Shown: positions 37,350-49,265 of the stretch, piece after piece | Position numbering within the stretch: position 1 is the first letter of the stretch | How the letters are laid out: each line of letters starts with the position of its first letter | From: Schizosaccharomyces osmophilus | Taxonomy: Eukaryota | Length of the DNA stretch: 64,000 nucleotides | Assembly (NCBI RefSeq): GCF_027921745.1 | Contig: NC_079240.1 | Location: forward strand, 2,232,001 to 2,296,000 | Reading direction: 5' to 3' | Position numbers and translations under genes: made by a program | The notes under the pieces: generated by a model | Seen by the model: only the letters and a program-made list of their open reading frames with translations | Database searches by the model: none | Told to the model about the DNA's origin: nothing

Positions 37350-37721
37350 ATGAGCTCTGTTCAAACCGCCACAAACGACAACATTGTCTATCTCGACATG
37401 TCAGAAATTATACGCCCTATCCCTCCTGTTCTGGATTTTGATAAAGTCAACAGTATGAGGAATACAATGGAAGGAGGTGCTCCTCCTTCATCTTGCAGTT
37501 TCAGTCCTGGCGACCTCGGGAAAGGTGAACTTCCTCCTGTTGATGTATTGACCTTTAAGAAAAGTGGTAAAACGTATTACTTTGCTTTTGGTGGATGCCA
37601 TCGTCTACGCGCTCATGATGAGTCTGGAAAGCAAAAGGTTCGTTGTAAATTGGTCAATTGCTCTCCTAATACTCTGCGTTTGTACTTGGGTGCTACTGCA
37701 AACAAATATCTGGATAACTAA
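37350..37721 (+). CDS. srx1: Sulfiredoxin
   Basis: RPIPPVLD, LPPVDVL and the signature FAFGGCHRLRAH. Confidence 0.97.
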   Translation: MSSVQTATNDNIVYLDMSEIIRPIPPVLDFDKVNSMRNTMEGGAPPSSCSFSPGDLGKGELPPVDVLTFKKSGKTYYFAFGGCHRLRAHDESGKQKVRCKLVNCSPNTLRLYLGATANKYLDN

Positions 37722-38400
37722 AGCGAATGCAAACTAAAATGATAACTATTGTATTGGTACTACTCGATTTACCACCCATTGCATTGATTTTTTTTGTTCT
37801 TCGTTATGAGAAAAAGTAATGAAAATAAAGAAAATAAAGATGCCAAAGCCTAGTTTTTTGATTCCCAGAACTCGTTAATATTTTGAAAAGTTTGTTTGAT
37901 CTTGATACCGCCAAGGCTGTGTCTGTTGCAGGATTTTTGGTTTATGTTTTAATAGTAATTTATATACAGATAGAAGTATATTATCATACTTTGTAATCAA
38001 CCTCTTATTTATACGAGATAAACCAAGTCGTAGGCACTTAAGCGGTTTGTAAAAATGAGTAATGATCGAAAGAGAAAAGCGGCATGACCGTTGCATTCTG
38101 CCTTCTTAATTTGTATGCACCTATGTTTCATTAATTATTACTTTTGGTATTATATTGTTTGTCATTTCGATGATTAGCAATGTTTTGGCAATACTCAGCC
38201 AAATTTCAAGTGCAGGCAAACGAAGCTATACATATGTATTGTAGTCTCATTCGAAAAGGGATAGAATTCATTAAGAAAAGATATATAAGTTAAATCATTC
38301 ATTAAATTTACAAAAAAAGCCTTAATTAAATCACATTCAACGAAGTTTAAAGATAGTGAGCCGAAACCTTTCATAAATAGATTCATATTTTGTCATTTTC

Positions 38401-40431
38401 CTAGCGAGGCATCTTTTGCAGATTACTTATACAATCGTACGCCATGTTATCGATGAGTTCCTTGGGTAAAGACTTTCGTTTGCTAAGTTCTATAGATCTT
38501 TCGATAATCATGGACAGCTGAGAGGCTGACATTGCCGTCGTAAGCTTTGAATAAGTATTGGAATCAGGCGAAGAAAAGGAACTCCGTTGCGGATTGTGTG
38601 AAGGGAAAGAAGGGACAGGGTTTAAGAACGGATGCATTAGTAGTTCCGGAATTGTTAACCTTTTTTTCTGGTCTCGTTGCAAACATCGTTTCATAACGTC
38701 CATTAGGTCGGGTCCAACTACCACCCCATGTGGATGCACATTATGAGGAGTTTCATAGTTTGCGGATGGAGGGACGGCAATTTCAGGGAATTGTATTTGA
38801 TGGCGCTCGTCAGGAATTGCTGCTATTGCTTGTATCATTTTTAAATGAGCAAAGGGCGCTCTTCCATACACCATTTGATAAAGAATACAGCCCAAGCTCC
38901 AAACGTCACTCGGCCTTCCCAGCTTTACTAATTTCACGCCTAGATCTGTATTTGCATTCATGTCAGTCAACGCTTCTGGTGCCATATAATTGATAGTTCC
39001 GATATGCGAATCTCGATGAATGTTGGTAGTATCATTCCCTATCGCTTTTGCAATTCCGAAATCGATAAGTTTTAGACTTCCTTCAACCAAAAGAAAATTA
39101 GCTGGTTTCAGGTCTGAATGAACAATATTTTGCTCATGGACGATTTGGACAGCCTGCAGCATTTGTTCCCAGTACATCCGTATAAAATTAAGATTAATTG
39201 GCTTCGTTGCATATTTATTAAGGAGCCTAGCCAGGTCAGTCTCCCCGTATTCCATTACCATATTTAATTGCCCAATAGAATTGTTTGCTTCGGCAGCATA
39301 CAATTTTACTATCCGATCATTCCCCGATAACTTTCTTAAGAGAGCAATTTCGTTTTTGTAACCCTGAACAGTCGAAAAATCAGCTTGTAAAAAGCTAACT
39401 TCCTTAAGAGCATATAGCCGACCATTTTCGGGTGAATATATTCGAAACACTGTGCTACTGCCACCTTTACCCACTATGCCTAACTTAATAAAGGGCAAGT
39501 TAGCAACCGTCGCTACATCCTGGAGAAATTTAGGAACGCCATTGATGTGAGACTGATCAACCAGGGAATTCATTTTTGGAGGAGGGCCATGTAATTGCTG
39601 TTGCTGATGAACATAATGATTTTCCTGCAAAGGCACAGAAGGCGCTTTCATTGTCGAGCTATTATCAGATGCAAGTTCCTTCAAGCGCGGCTTTACAAAT
39701 AAAGATTCTTCAAAATTAGCAGGGTTAACCTCAGCACGCATAGGAACATCCTGTGCATTAGGTAGTGAGGCTGCTTGGATATCAGGTAGGAAATTAGGCG
39801 TTTGAGAAGGAAGCGCAAATGGTGAAGTAGTTGAATTCTCAGAGGATTTCATTTCAACATCATTTTCGTAGTCATCTTCAATGTTATGATTTATAGGTTT
39901 CATTCCTGAGGGAATCTTAACATCCGAGGATAGCGTGTACTCAGCGCGTTTTGGTGGTCCCAAACCTATCCGGCCAATTCGACGCCAACGGGAGACCGAA
40001 AGCGACCCGGGAGTCTTGTTGTGTGTTTTTGACATAGAATCGGTATCTTGTGTTTCCATTGATTGCATACGCGTGGAGTTTTGAGCGGGCATAGGGGTAA
40101 CTACGTGCTCATGTGAACGAATGGGTTGGATAGCAGGAGATTTTACCTCTTTATTAGGAAGTGTTCCATGCGAAGCTATAATAAAAGGTTCTGATTCCTT
40201 AGGGCGAGCCTGAAAGGCTTTTTCTGCTGTGTTTGCATCACTGGACCTTCTATGCAAATGATCGCTGATGACTGTCCCATCAGAATGTGTGCTTTTTGAT
40301 GAGAATGTGTCATTCTTAAGTGAAAGGTCCTGATCCTCTGAATCCTCAAGAAATGAAAGCGATTCTTCGTCAAACGAGGAGTCTGAAACTAAGTCCGCAA
40401 TATTGTTCACAAGTGGATCACGGTTAGACAT
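38401..40431 (-). CDS. mph1: Mps1-family spindle checkpoint kinase
   Basis: GKGGSSTVF, VHSDLKPANFL, LIDFGIAKAI.NDTTNIHRDSHIGTINYMAPE, SDVWSLGCILYQM. Confidence 0.96.
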   Translation of the reverse strand: MSNRDPLVNNIADLVSDSSFDEESLSFLEDSEDQDLSLKNDTFSSKSTHSDGTVISDHLHRRSSDANTAEKAFQARPKESEPFIIASHGTLPNKEVKSPAIQPIRSHEHVVTPMPAQNSTRMQSMETQDTDSMSKTHNKTPGSLSVSRWRRIGRIGLGPPKRAEYTLSSDVKIPSGMKPINHNIEDDYENDVEMKSSENSTTSPFALPSQTPNFLPDIQAASLPNAQDVPMRAEVNPANFEESLFVKPRLKELASDNSSTMKAPSVPLQENHYVHQQQQLHGPPPKMNSLVDQSHINGVPKFLQDVATVANLPFIKLGIVGKGGSSTVFRIYSPENGRLYALKEVSFLQADFSTVQGYKNEIALLRKLSGNDRIVKLYAAEANNSIGQLNMVMEYGETDLARLLNKYATKPINLNFIRMYWEQMLQAVQIVHEQNIVHSDLKPANFLLVEGSLKLIDFGIAKAIGNDTTNIHRDSHIGTINYMAPEALTDMNANTDLGVKLVKLGRPSDVWSLGCILYQMVYGRAPFAHLKMIQAIAAIPDERHQIQFPEIAVPPSANYETPHNVHPHGVVVGPDLMDVMKRCLQRDQKKRLTIPELLMHPFLNPVPSFPSHNPQRSSFSSPDSNTYSKLTTAMSASQLSMIIERSIELSKRKSLPKELIDNMAYDCISNLQKMPR

Positions 40432-41079
40432 ATACCCGATTAGCAGAAAGGAAGCATTCCAATTTTCTCGAATGGCTGCTTATATATTCACTATTACTGC
40501 GATTATAATGTTATAGCTAAATCGTTCTTGAAACATGTATCCACTAGGGAAAAACCAAGAGGATAAAGGTCCTGACAACTGTTACTTGTGATTGGAAGGT
40601 AGTCTATAGGCAATGCAGCGAATCGCCTTAAATGATGGTAGTAAAGAAAATATCATATTAATCTAAAGATGAAAGAAATGAATTGGAAAAAAAGCGAATG
40701 TAGTTGCTTTCAGTTAAGTAGGATTACTAATTTATTTCATTTCATTTAATATTCGAGTATCTCTCGATTTCGTAGCATGCAGCATACGAATAATCGGTAA
40801 GGACCAAACTGGCATGAGAAACTCCATGGGAAGGAGCTTAAAGCTAAATATCGTGAAGCCAGAGGCAGGGTTCAAAATAGCTTTTGATGTAGTTAATCAA
40901 AAATAAATAGAGAAGGCATTTGTTAAGAACGTTACTTGCGTAGTCAGTCCAACTGGTAATAAATAGAAAGAGCAAAAATGAAAGCTAAGTGAAATATCAT
41001 GAAAGACACCAAAAAAAAAAAAAAAAACAGATTATTATGGAGCCTTAATTTTTATTAAAGGGGAGGGGAAACAAAAAGA

Positions 41080-42279
41080 TTACCGACTGGAATGTCCTTC
41101 AGCAAGTATTTCTTCAATCCCCGATGGCCAAGACCATCCACTTTGAATAAGATTTCGACGAATTCTACGGTGATGAATATGATTCTGCTCCTGAAATTGG
41201 AAAACAAGAGATCTTGGACTCAACTGACGCCATTTGGTTTTGTGATAGCAAGTATCATTACGCTCAGGATACAGATCGGTTAAAGTAGAAATGACACGAT
41301 GTTGACGGGCAAATGCTTGCATTTGTAAATCAAAATCCAAAGACAAGCACGAAGGGCAGACGAAGGCACCACAAACCATACACCGTCTTAGGTCAATGCA
41401 ATAACGACAAAGTGGTTTGCTCCATTTTTCTGAGCAATATAAACAAGGAGGAAGTACTTTGAGCATGTACAAATCTGCAATCTCACTTTCGTGATCTGCT
41501 ATTTTACATGCATTTAAAGGGCATCGATGAGCATCGGTATTTATAGGGCGTCCATGCGTTGTGCTGATTTGATCTAATGCATTTTGAAATACAACTAAGC
41601 GATCGTGCCAGGCGCTGGTCAACCGATCGTCTTCTGTACCGTCTGGCATTAGAGGTTTTTGTAATTCTAGACCATCAATACCCATAACATGAAAGTTTTC
41701 AAGCGAGAGAACTCTGTTTTTTGTTACAGTTTGGAAAAGTTCAAGAAGGTCTAATACTGAAACCCCTTGACACCAACGTATACTAAGCGTCCGAAGGGAA
41801 GGTATATTTGATAAAATATAAGCGACTGTGGAAATTTTTATACCGGTCCCATCCAACACAATAATGTTTAGTCCTTGAAACTTTTCAAGCATAGTGCATA
41901 CAAAGGGATCCTGGATTTGTGGCCGTAAGATAGAGGGTCTTCCGTATATTTGTTTTTCATAAGTCCACAAATCATCATTTGCAACGGTAATGGTTCTTTG
42001 ATAGGGCAATTCGGTAGGACTTGCATCAGTGAATCGACATTCCTCCAGACGACATTTTTGAAGCCAATGATAAAAGTGTCGATTGACGTGCATAAGTCTG
42101 TACAAATTAAAAATGTCAAGATAGTTCACAATCAGAGACCAAATATCTCGATTTGTGAGAAACCTTTGGGAGATTCCTTGACTTATCTCGACTGGTCCCT
42201 CATGTTTCTGTATAGAAAGACCTGTCAAACTCCTCGTTGCATATTCCAGTTCTTTGTCGTAAAAAGAAGAAGATGCCAT
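41080..42279 (-). CDS. pof13: F-box protein with LRR-like segment and Cys-rich C-terminus
   Basis: F-box-like LTNRDIWSLIVNYLDIFNLYRLMHVNRHFY, LDGT...LSIRWC repeat, CxxC clusters; adjacent to mph1. Confidence 0.8.
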   Translation of the reverse strand: MASSSFYDKELEYATRSLTGLSIQKHEGPVEISQGISQRFLTNRDIWSLIVNYLDIFNLYRLMHVNRHFYHWLQKCRLEECRFTDASPTELPYQRTITVANDDLWTYEKQIYGRPSILRPQIQDPFVCTMLEKFQGLNIIVLDGTGIKISTVAYILSNIPSLRTLSIRWCQGVSVLDLLELFQTVTKNRVLSLENFHVMGIDGLELQKPLMPDGTEDDRLTSAWHDRLVVFQNALDQISTTHGRPINTDAHRCPLNACKIADHESEIADLYMLKVLPPCLYCSEKWSKPLCRYCIDLRRCMVCGAFVCPSCLSLDFDLQMQAFARQHRVISTLTDLYPERNDTCYHKTKWRQLSPRSLVFQFQEQNHIHHRRIRRNLIQSGWSWPSGIEEILAEGHSSR

Positions 42280-44054
42280 TGATATTGGAATAAAACGAGT
42301 AAACGAGTTAGATTGTGGTTACTTGGACCTCAAGGTCAATTTCCTTTACTAGGTAGACGAAGACCAAAGCAAGTCAACTTTCTGTCAGATTAATTAAATT
42401 TTCAACTTAAAGCTTCAGTCCATAGATATCTGAATCCTTTTCTCTCCAATCTTTTAACCACTCAAATTTGGGAGGTTATTTTTAATATAGAGGTTCAGGT
42501 CGAAAAAAAAGTGTATTTCACCGATGAACAAAGGTCTCTCAAACCTCTTCTAAAAAAAAGGAAGAAAAAATTTCACTTTTTGTCAAACATGGAATGACAA
42601 AGTTTTCTAAGACTGAAATTGCTATTACAAGGGTGTTGAAGGAAGGTAGGGTATCCATATATTTCTTAAGACAGATGGACATTCCATTATTATAAACAAT
42701 TTAAAATGTTTATAATAAATTTCATATAATCTACTGATCTGGTGTTTATTCGTGTTTTAAGTAGTGAATGATGGTTTGGAAACTCGCTTTTCCTAAGTAT
42801 ACACTTGACGATTTCAGTAATTTTACTGCTGACAGTAATTCTGTATCACGCATTAACATGAAAGCAAGTCCTTTCATGTATAAACACTAAACGAGGAACA
42901 TCATGATATGCTTACATTTTGAACAACGTTTAATAGTAAGGTGTAGTAAGGCGAGCCAACAAAATCAATGACGAGTATATTTTGTTTTAAATATGAAACT
43001 CTTCCTGCTGTTGAAGTTAAATCACTTTAAGTCACAGCTACGAAACGATGAATGGTTCAACCGAAGGTGAATATCAGGTGCAATAGTCATAAGACCTGAG
43101 GTATATATATACCCATATTTTGGTTCCCATAACGGAAGAATTCATCGTTAGCTAAAAAAAAACCAAGCACAGCGTATCCGTCAATCTCAGAAGATGTGTA
43201 ACGAGCCGAAGAAGTCGCAGAGCGGTTTTATCTACTACATTCAAGCAAATGAGTATCGACAAAGAGGTAAAACCAAAAAAAAAAATAAGGTCCAAATTTA
43301 AAAAGTCATAAATTTGGTATTCAGACTTCCTTTTGGTAAACTTAGGACAGTGATAGTAACTGTAGAACTTGAAGTAAATACGATTCGATATCAAAAACTC
43401 GCATTTTGCTATAAATAAACATTATATCGACAACTTTCAACTTGTAATCGTGATCAAGTTTTCGAGAAGATAGCAATCATTATTTTTCTTAGTACCCAGA
43501 GTACATATACAAAGAGAAAATCTGGAAGACAAAGAAGAAATTAATCTATTTTAGCACATAAAGAATATCTCGCGGCATGATACGAAACATTAGCAGGAAA
43601 AGCGCAAAGCTGGTTAAATAAGTAGAGTAAGACGATAAACAGAGGAAGGAAATAGATTCCATAATTTTAGGGTTGGATGGAAAGAATTAGAAAGGATGGA
43701 AGTCATTCTAAATCTAGGATGAGGAACAAAAAGGGAGATAGAGCAAATACCATTCAAGACGATCTTGCGTTTATCCATATGGAATTAAGTGGAACTTTCC
43801 GGTATAACAATGCGGTAAAAAAAGAGAAGAAACGGTTAAACGATAACGATACAAAACATAATTTTGAATTGAAATGAAATGAAATGAAAAAGAAAACTCA
43901 TTCGCACCTTTCTCATAATCGCTCTAGGTCAAGAGAAGGACACACACGCAAGGTAGCGTTGAGCATACATCTTCTGATGTAGACAATAAGCTCAATAAAA
44001 TTTTGTTTTGCTTGATAAACGATGGAACGGGCCAACATAAAGGGGAATAGTACT

Positions 44055-44740
44055 TTATACCTGGTTAGTTGCTTCATCATAGTGGGGAGGTTGATCTTGG
44101 CTAGAACTTGGACGATGGTAAGGAGGTAAGAGATCTAAGTGTTGGACACGTGAAGCACTATCGACTTCCTGATACCTTTGGATTAGTCGATTCCAACATT
44201 CAACAAAATGAAAAATTCCACCTTCATTAAACTGAAGCTTGACCTATAGAAATTAAGATGTTAATAAAGCTATAATTATAACGCGTTTTATTACCTCTGC
44301 TTCAGAAGGAATTCCGCCATTTTTGACTGGCGTTGCTACGCCCGAATAGTAATTAGCACCAAAAAATGCTAAGAAAAACGAAGTTAGCATCGCAAAGGAA
44401 AAGTAGACTTGAATATCATACGTTGATTTAACTTTGTATCTTTGAAATTGCCGATTGGTACTTGAAAATCAGAAAACGTGTTATTCTCTTCTTCAGTAAT
44501 GTATATGATCTGAAGCGAAGCATTAGCAAAAATCATTACAAGACTTGTTTCATCAATAAATCATACTCGTTGGTTTGTAAGATACATGCATCCTTGCGTA
44601 GAGGCCCAAGATTTCGAAGAAGGAGGATTGCACATAAGAGAAAGCGCAATTCCATCATAGCGAGCAAAAATACATTCGTTTTCAAGAAGGAATGGTTCTT
44701 TTAAAGAACCTTCTTTATATGTGACCCAGTTTATACTCAT
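44055..44740 (-). CDS. WW-domain-binding protein 2 (WBP2/UPF0664) homolog, 174 aa, 4 exons (44740-44567, 44509-44422, 44368-44295, 44243-44055)
   Basis: Spliced product MSINWVTY...GCMYLTNQRIIYI...TKLNQPFFGANYYSG...NGGIPSEAEVKLQFNEGGIFHFVECWNRL...LLPPYHRPSSSQDQPPHYDEATNQV: GRAM/PH-like domain plus PY motifs. Three GT..AG introns keep the frame. Confidence 0.9.
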
Positions 44741-46203
44741 ATTTTGTGACGTGCTCTTCAATATGTGTTAGGTTCTTTGCAAGTCGTCTCATCTCTTGCT
44801 TGCCCTGTCTCAATTATAGGTAACGATTATAGGTAACAATAGCGATCTAGTCTGGAGTAGTGGAAAATTCGATGGTGGACCAAGGAAGGGAAACAAGCGA
44901 GTTAGATAAGAATAAGCGTGTGTATGGGAGTGGATCCAATGTCCAAGCTCTTCCTTCATGTAGATCGTGGTATAATGGTGCAATAAAATGCGTGGTGGTT
45001 CGTGTAGACTGTAAAATCCATCCACGAGAGAAGTCTTCCATGCTGCAAGCGTTTGATTTTTCGCTCGAGCAGAAATTGTCGTTCATTTATGTCCCTGTAC
45101 TGAACCGATTGCTACTGTCGATTAGTACGTTCACAAAAGAGTCGGACAGGTTTCCCATTCCATTCCAAGGTCAGTCTTCTGTTTGTAAACAATCCACTGA
45201 CGCATAAAGTCGACATCTTCTTGAGGCGACAAAATTATAATCATACCTCGTTTGCATTATCTATTCTGTAACAACTTCCATTAAAACAATGTTTTTTGAC
45301 GTGAGTCCCTTTGTGGAAATACTTTGGTTGCTATCGTAAGAGTAACGAGTCTTTACGCTGCCATGCATTGTCAGGATGATATTGGTATTTTCTGTCTGCT
45401 TTGCAGCACGCACGGTTGTTGCTTTTCCTAGTGCTACGCCGGACTATGTATGGTAAACATAGATGTGCTTTGCTTCAAGCTATAGTTGGTACCATATGAA
45501 AGACGTGAAGCTGGTTGGGCTTGAGAAAAAAAGCAGTATGGGATTCGCGCTAACGTTCCGGTGACTGGAAATCCTACTGTAGTAGGAGCATTTTTTAGGC
45601 TCGAAAAGGAGATGGTAAAAAGAAAAAATAAGCTGTATAATGGACATGTGATTTTAGAGATTCTGGTAAAGATTGGTTTATCAATCAATTTCGTTTCATA
45701 TGTCAATTGTGCTATAAAAATCCAACATGCGAATGGGAGGGAGATGAACAAAAACACATTATCCGAACATGATCATACTGAATTCTAAAAAAATAAAAAA
45801 AACAATAAAAAAGAACTTCTCATTATGTAAAACATCGAAATTAAACCTGTACAGTTTACCTCTTCTTCGTCCAAGAGGTTTCCATTGAAATAAATAAACA
45901 AACTATTTTCGCATTCATAATGAACAGCGTCATGTATAAGCAATATCATCCCCAGCCATGTTGTTAAATAAAGTTTACAGTATAGCCGAAGTTACAACTC
46001 GGACGGCATGGCCCTATTCTATTTCGTCATCTTTTCGATCAAGTACCGACAAACACCCGTATATAAATTTGTGGGTTGTCTTTCTACTTCCTTTCCCATT
46101 CCACCTTTTTTGCTGTTCGGTAGGATCACGTTGAAGTTTCCAACTAATTCGTTATATAAGCACAAATCGTTGTTTATTGTTTCTACTTTAGTTTTTTGGA
46201 AAA

Positions 46204-46518
46204 ATGAAGTTTTTCAGCGTCGTATTTTTTGCCGTTATGGCTTTCATCGGTATTACCTTTGCTTCTCCAGTGCTAGAAATGCAGGCTTTTGACGACATCC
46301 ACTGCAAGGGTAGCAAAAGCTATGCGATTTCTTTGAACGACTGCCAAAGGTTCCGTAATGTTGCTTCCATCAAGTCCTATGCCAACCGTGGTGTTTGCAC
46401 TGCCTACGTCTACACCTCCGATGATTGTTCTGGTGAACCGATCTTGAGCCAAAACATCCAAGGTGGCTGTAACAATTTGGATATTTCCTTTTCCGGCTCT
46501 TGGCAATTCCAATGCTAA
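46204..46518 (+). CDS. Small secreted cysteine-rich protein (104 aa, signal peptide, 6 Cys)
   Basis: AAAAATG start, signal peptide MKFFSVVFFAVMAFIGITFA|SP, six Cys including the last residue, many codons typical of highly expressed genes (AAC, CGT, GGT, TAC, TCC). Confidence 0.85.
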   Translation: MKFFSVVFFAVMAFIGITFASPVLEMQAFDDIHCKGSKSYAISLNDCQRFRNVASIKSYANRGVCTAYVYTSDDCSGEPILSQNIQGGCNNLDISFSGSWQFQC

Positions 46519-46899
46519 GTCAGTCGTTGGAAACACCATGGGTAATGAGGGTCATTGAACGGGACTCGTCACAGCGTCTTTCTTCAGTTCTATCTGACTT
46601 TTTCATATTAATACATTGATCTATATTTCAACACCATTACCTTATTGTCGCTTTAAAGTAATAGCATGACTGGATCGTAGTATTGTATTTGGCTTACTTT
46701 GACCGAAAGGAAAACAAACAAACAAAAAACAGAGGAATGCGAGAGCTTTCTAGACGTAAGAAGAAGAAACGAGTTGTTTTTCATGGTTCATTCAAATTAT
46801 ATGTAATCAAATGCATGCTTTCCGTTTTTGCGAATCTATTCATGAAATTTTCGTTCCAACGCTGATATTACAGTAATATTAGCATCAAATATAACGACT

Positions 46900-46970
46900 G
46901 CTTTGGTGGTTTAGTGGTATAATGCTTCGTTGCCATCGAAGCGACCCGGGTTCGATTCCCGGCCGAAGCA
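46900..46970 (+). tRNA. tRNA-Gly(GCC)
   Basis: GCTTTGG acceptor pairs with CCGAAGC, D-loop TAGTGGTA, anticodon arm CTTCG-TTGCCAT-CGAAG, T-loop GGTTCGATTCC, T-run downstream. Confidence 0.97.
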
Positions 46971-47220
46971 AAATTCTTTTTTATTTCCATTTCTTACTGG
47001 AAATGGAATACAACAATGAAAGCCGTCTACATCGTCGCATACGTAGGAAAATGAAAATCAGCTGTCTAACCAAGATCCTAGAGCTATTCATTTATATGAA
47101 CATAAAACATTGTCTAAGAAACGGATTCTTTTACCTTCAACGTTTGTGAAGTTACGAATTCAGTAGCTAAGTTTCACATTGTTGTTATGTTTCTTTTCTT
47201 TTCTCTTTTATTAAGCATTT

Positions 47221-47302
47221 GACACTATGCCTGAGTGGTTAAAGGGATAGATTAGAAATCTATTGCGGTCTCCGCGCGCAGGTTCAAATCCTGCTGGTGT
47301 CG
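47221..47302 (+). tRNA. tRNA-Ser(AGA)
   Basis: GACACTA..TGGTGTC acceptor, anticodon arm ATAGA-TTAGAAA-TCTAT, long variable arm GCGGTCTCCGC, GGTTCAAATCC T-loop, TTTTT terminator. Confidence 0.97.
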
Positions 47303-47605
47303 ATTTTTATGTCTTTTTATTCAAAATAAAAGGATCTTTAGAACAATGGATTTTATGAAAATGTATGCGGAATTCAGTGGCAACCCGTTTTGTTAATGTT
47401 GAAAAGCTTCATTATATAATAAAAAAGTGAAAATAAATACACGACGAAGGGAAAGAAAAATTTCTATTTCTTTTCGGATACCCGACTCCCGGTCCGAATA
47501 TGAATCTTTCACTGACGTTGGAAATTTACAAATAAATAGGATAGAGAAACTTGATGCTAAAAATTTAAGATTCTCTTGGACTGTGCTGTATTGGGCTGTT
47601 CTTAT

Positions 47606-49265
47606 ATGGACCAAATTATAAAAAGTTCAGAAGCATTTGAATTGTTTCGTTATATTCGCGACTTCACAACTGGAAGGAAAGAAAGGTCTTCAGCATCATT
47701 TCTGGATGAACCTGATGTTGTTGTCGACAAAAACGAGAAGTCCCTAAGGGATTCAAAGTCAAACTCAGAAGGGTTCAATGAACCAGACAAGTCAGCTAAC
47801 TTGATTACATGGGAAGACGTAGATATCTCAGATCATCCAAAAAGATGGCCGACACTACTGAAGCTATATGTTACGACATGCGTTTGTTTGCTAACGATTG
47901 CTACTTACATGGGAGCGTCAATCATTACCTCAGGACTGGATGAAATTAAAGACCATATGCATGTGGGAAATGTTGCTGTCATGCTTGGACTTTCTCTCTT
48001 TATTGTTGGATACTCCGTAGGTCCACTGTTTTTCTCACCACTCACTGAAATCCCTCAAATTGGAAGACAAAAAGTCTATCTGATTACCTTGGCAATTTAC
48101 ATATGTTTACAAATACCTACAGCTCTTTGCTCGGGGATCGGTGCTTTGCTTCCTTTACGCTTTTTAGCTGGATTTTTCGGTTCTCCAGCACTTGCTACTG
48201 GAGGTGCAACGATCACTGATATGTGGGACAGTAAATATGCACAGTATTTTGTTACTTCATGGTCGCTTTGCGCTTTTAGTATGTAACGTGGTTTTTTGTT
48301 CTTTCACTAACATTTTCTCTTGCGTAGGTGGTCCTGCATTAGGTCCTCTATTTGGTGCCATTATGGTGGTTGCCAAATCTTGGCGATGGCAGTTTTGGTT
48401 TTTAATGATGCTTTCTGCGGCAGTATTTATTCTTTTCTTTCTTTTTGTCCCGGAAACATCAGCTTCGAACATATTATATCGCAAAGCCCAGCGTTTACGA
48501 AAAATAACAAACAATCCCCACCTCCAAACACCAGACGAGTTGCAATATTCACAAATGAAAATCTCCAAGTTACTTATGGAGATCTTTCTTCGGCCAATAA
48601 TTTTGAGTATTCGTGAGCCAATTGTCCTATCTTTGAATCTTTACCTCGGCTTGGTTTACTCTCTCATGTATCTATGGTTTGAAGCTTTTCCCATCGTTTA
48701 CATGGAACTCTACCATTTCACTTTAATAGAAAGCGGTTTAACATATTTAGGAATCCTTATTGGGACGCTCTTGCCAACTCCATTTTACTTTTATTATTTG
48801 CACAAAGTACTAATTCCCAAGCTGACGAATAATTCAGGACGTATAGTGCCGGAAGAAGTTTTACGAGTGTCTTTTCCGGCAGCTTTCTTTTTCCCAGTAT
48901 GTCTTTTTTGGTTTGGTTGGACGGCACAGCGTTCAATCAATTGTTTTTCTTCCCTAGTAAGCACCCTGCTGTATGCTGCAGGATCCTTTCTTATTTTTCA
49001 AACTTGCTACCAATACCTCGCTTCTTCCTACCCAAAGTATATTGCCTCTGTCTATGCAGGAAACAACCTTTGTCGCTCCTTGATGGCGGCTAGCTTTCCG
49101 CTTTTTGCACGCGCTATGTTTAAAAATACAGGTCCTTCTTATGCTCCTGTAGGCTGGGGTTGCACTATTTTGGGTATTATTACTTGTATAATGTTCCCTA
49201 TTCCCTTTTTGCTGTATAAATATGGACTAAAACTTCGGATACGATCGAATTACGCTACGAACTAA
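47606..49265 (+). CDS. MFS DHA1-family drug/polyamine:H+ antiporter, 2 exons (47606-48278, 48328-49265)
   Basis: W....[58 protein letters not shown] motifs; intron GTATGT..CACTAAC..TAG. Confidence 0.92.

Noticed and set aside
43150..43300. Peptide PKKSQSGFIYY resembling the start of an HMG box
   Set aside because: The frame is only 35 codons from its ATG and the candidate upstream exon contains an in-frame stop; likely chance.
44810..45788. Overlapping short ORFs and a minus-strand intron-like segment (about 45246-45116) upstream of the WBP2 homolog
   Set aside because: Splicing yields only a 12-codon peptide; at best a 5' UTR intron or uORF, not supportable as a gene.
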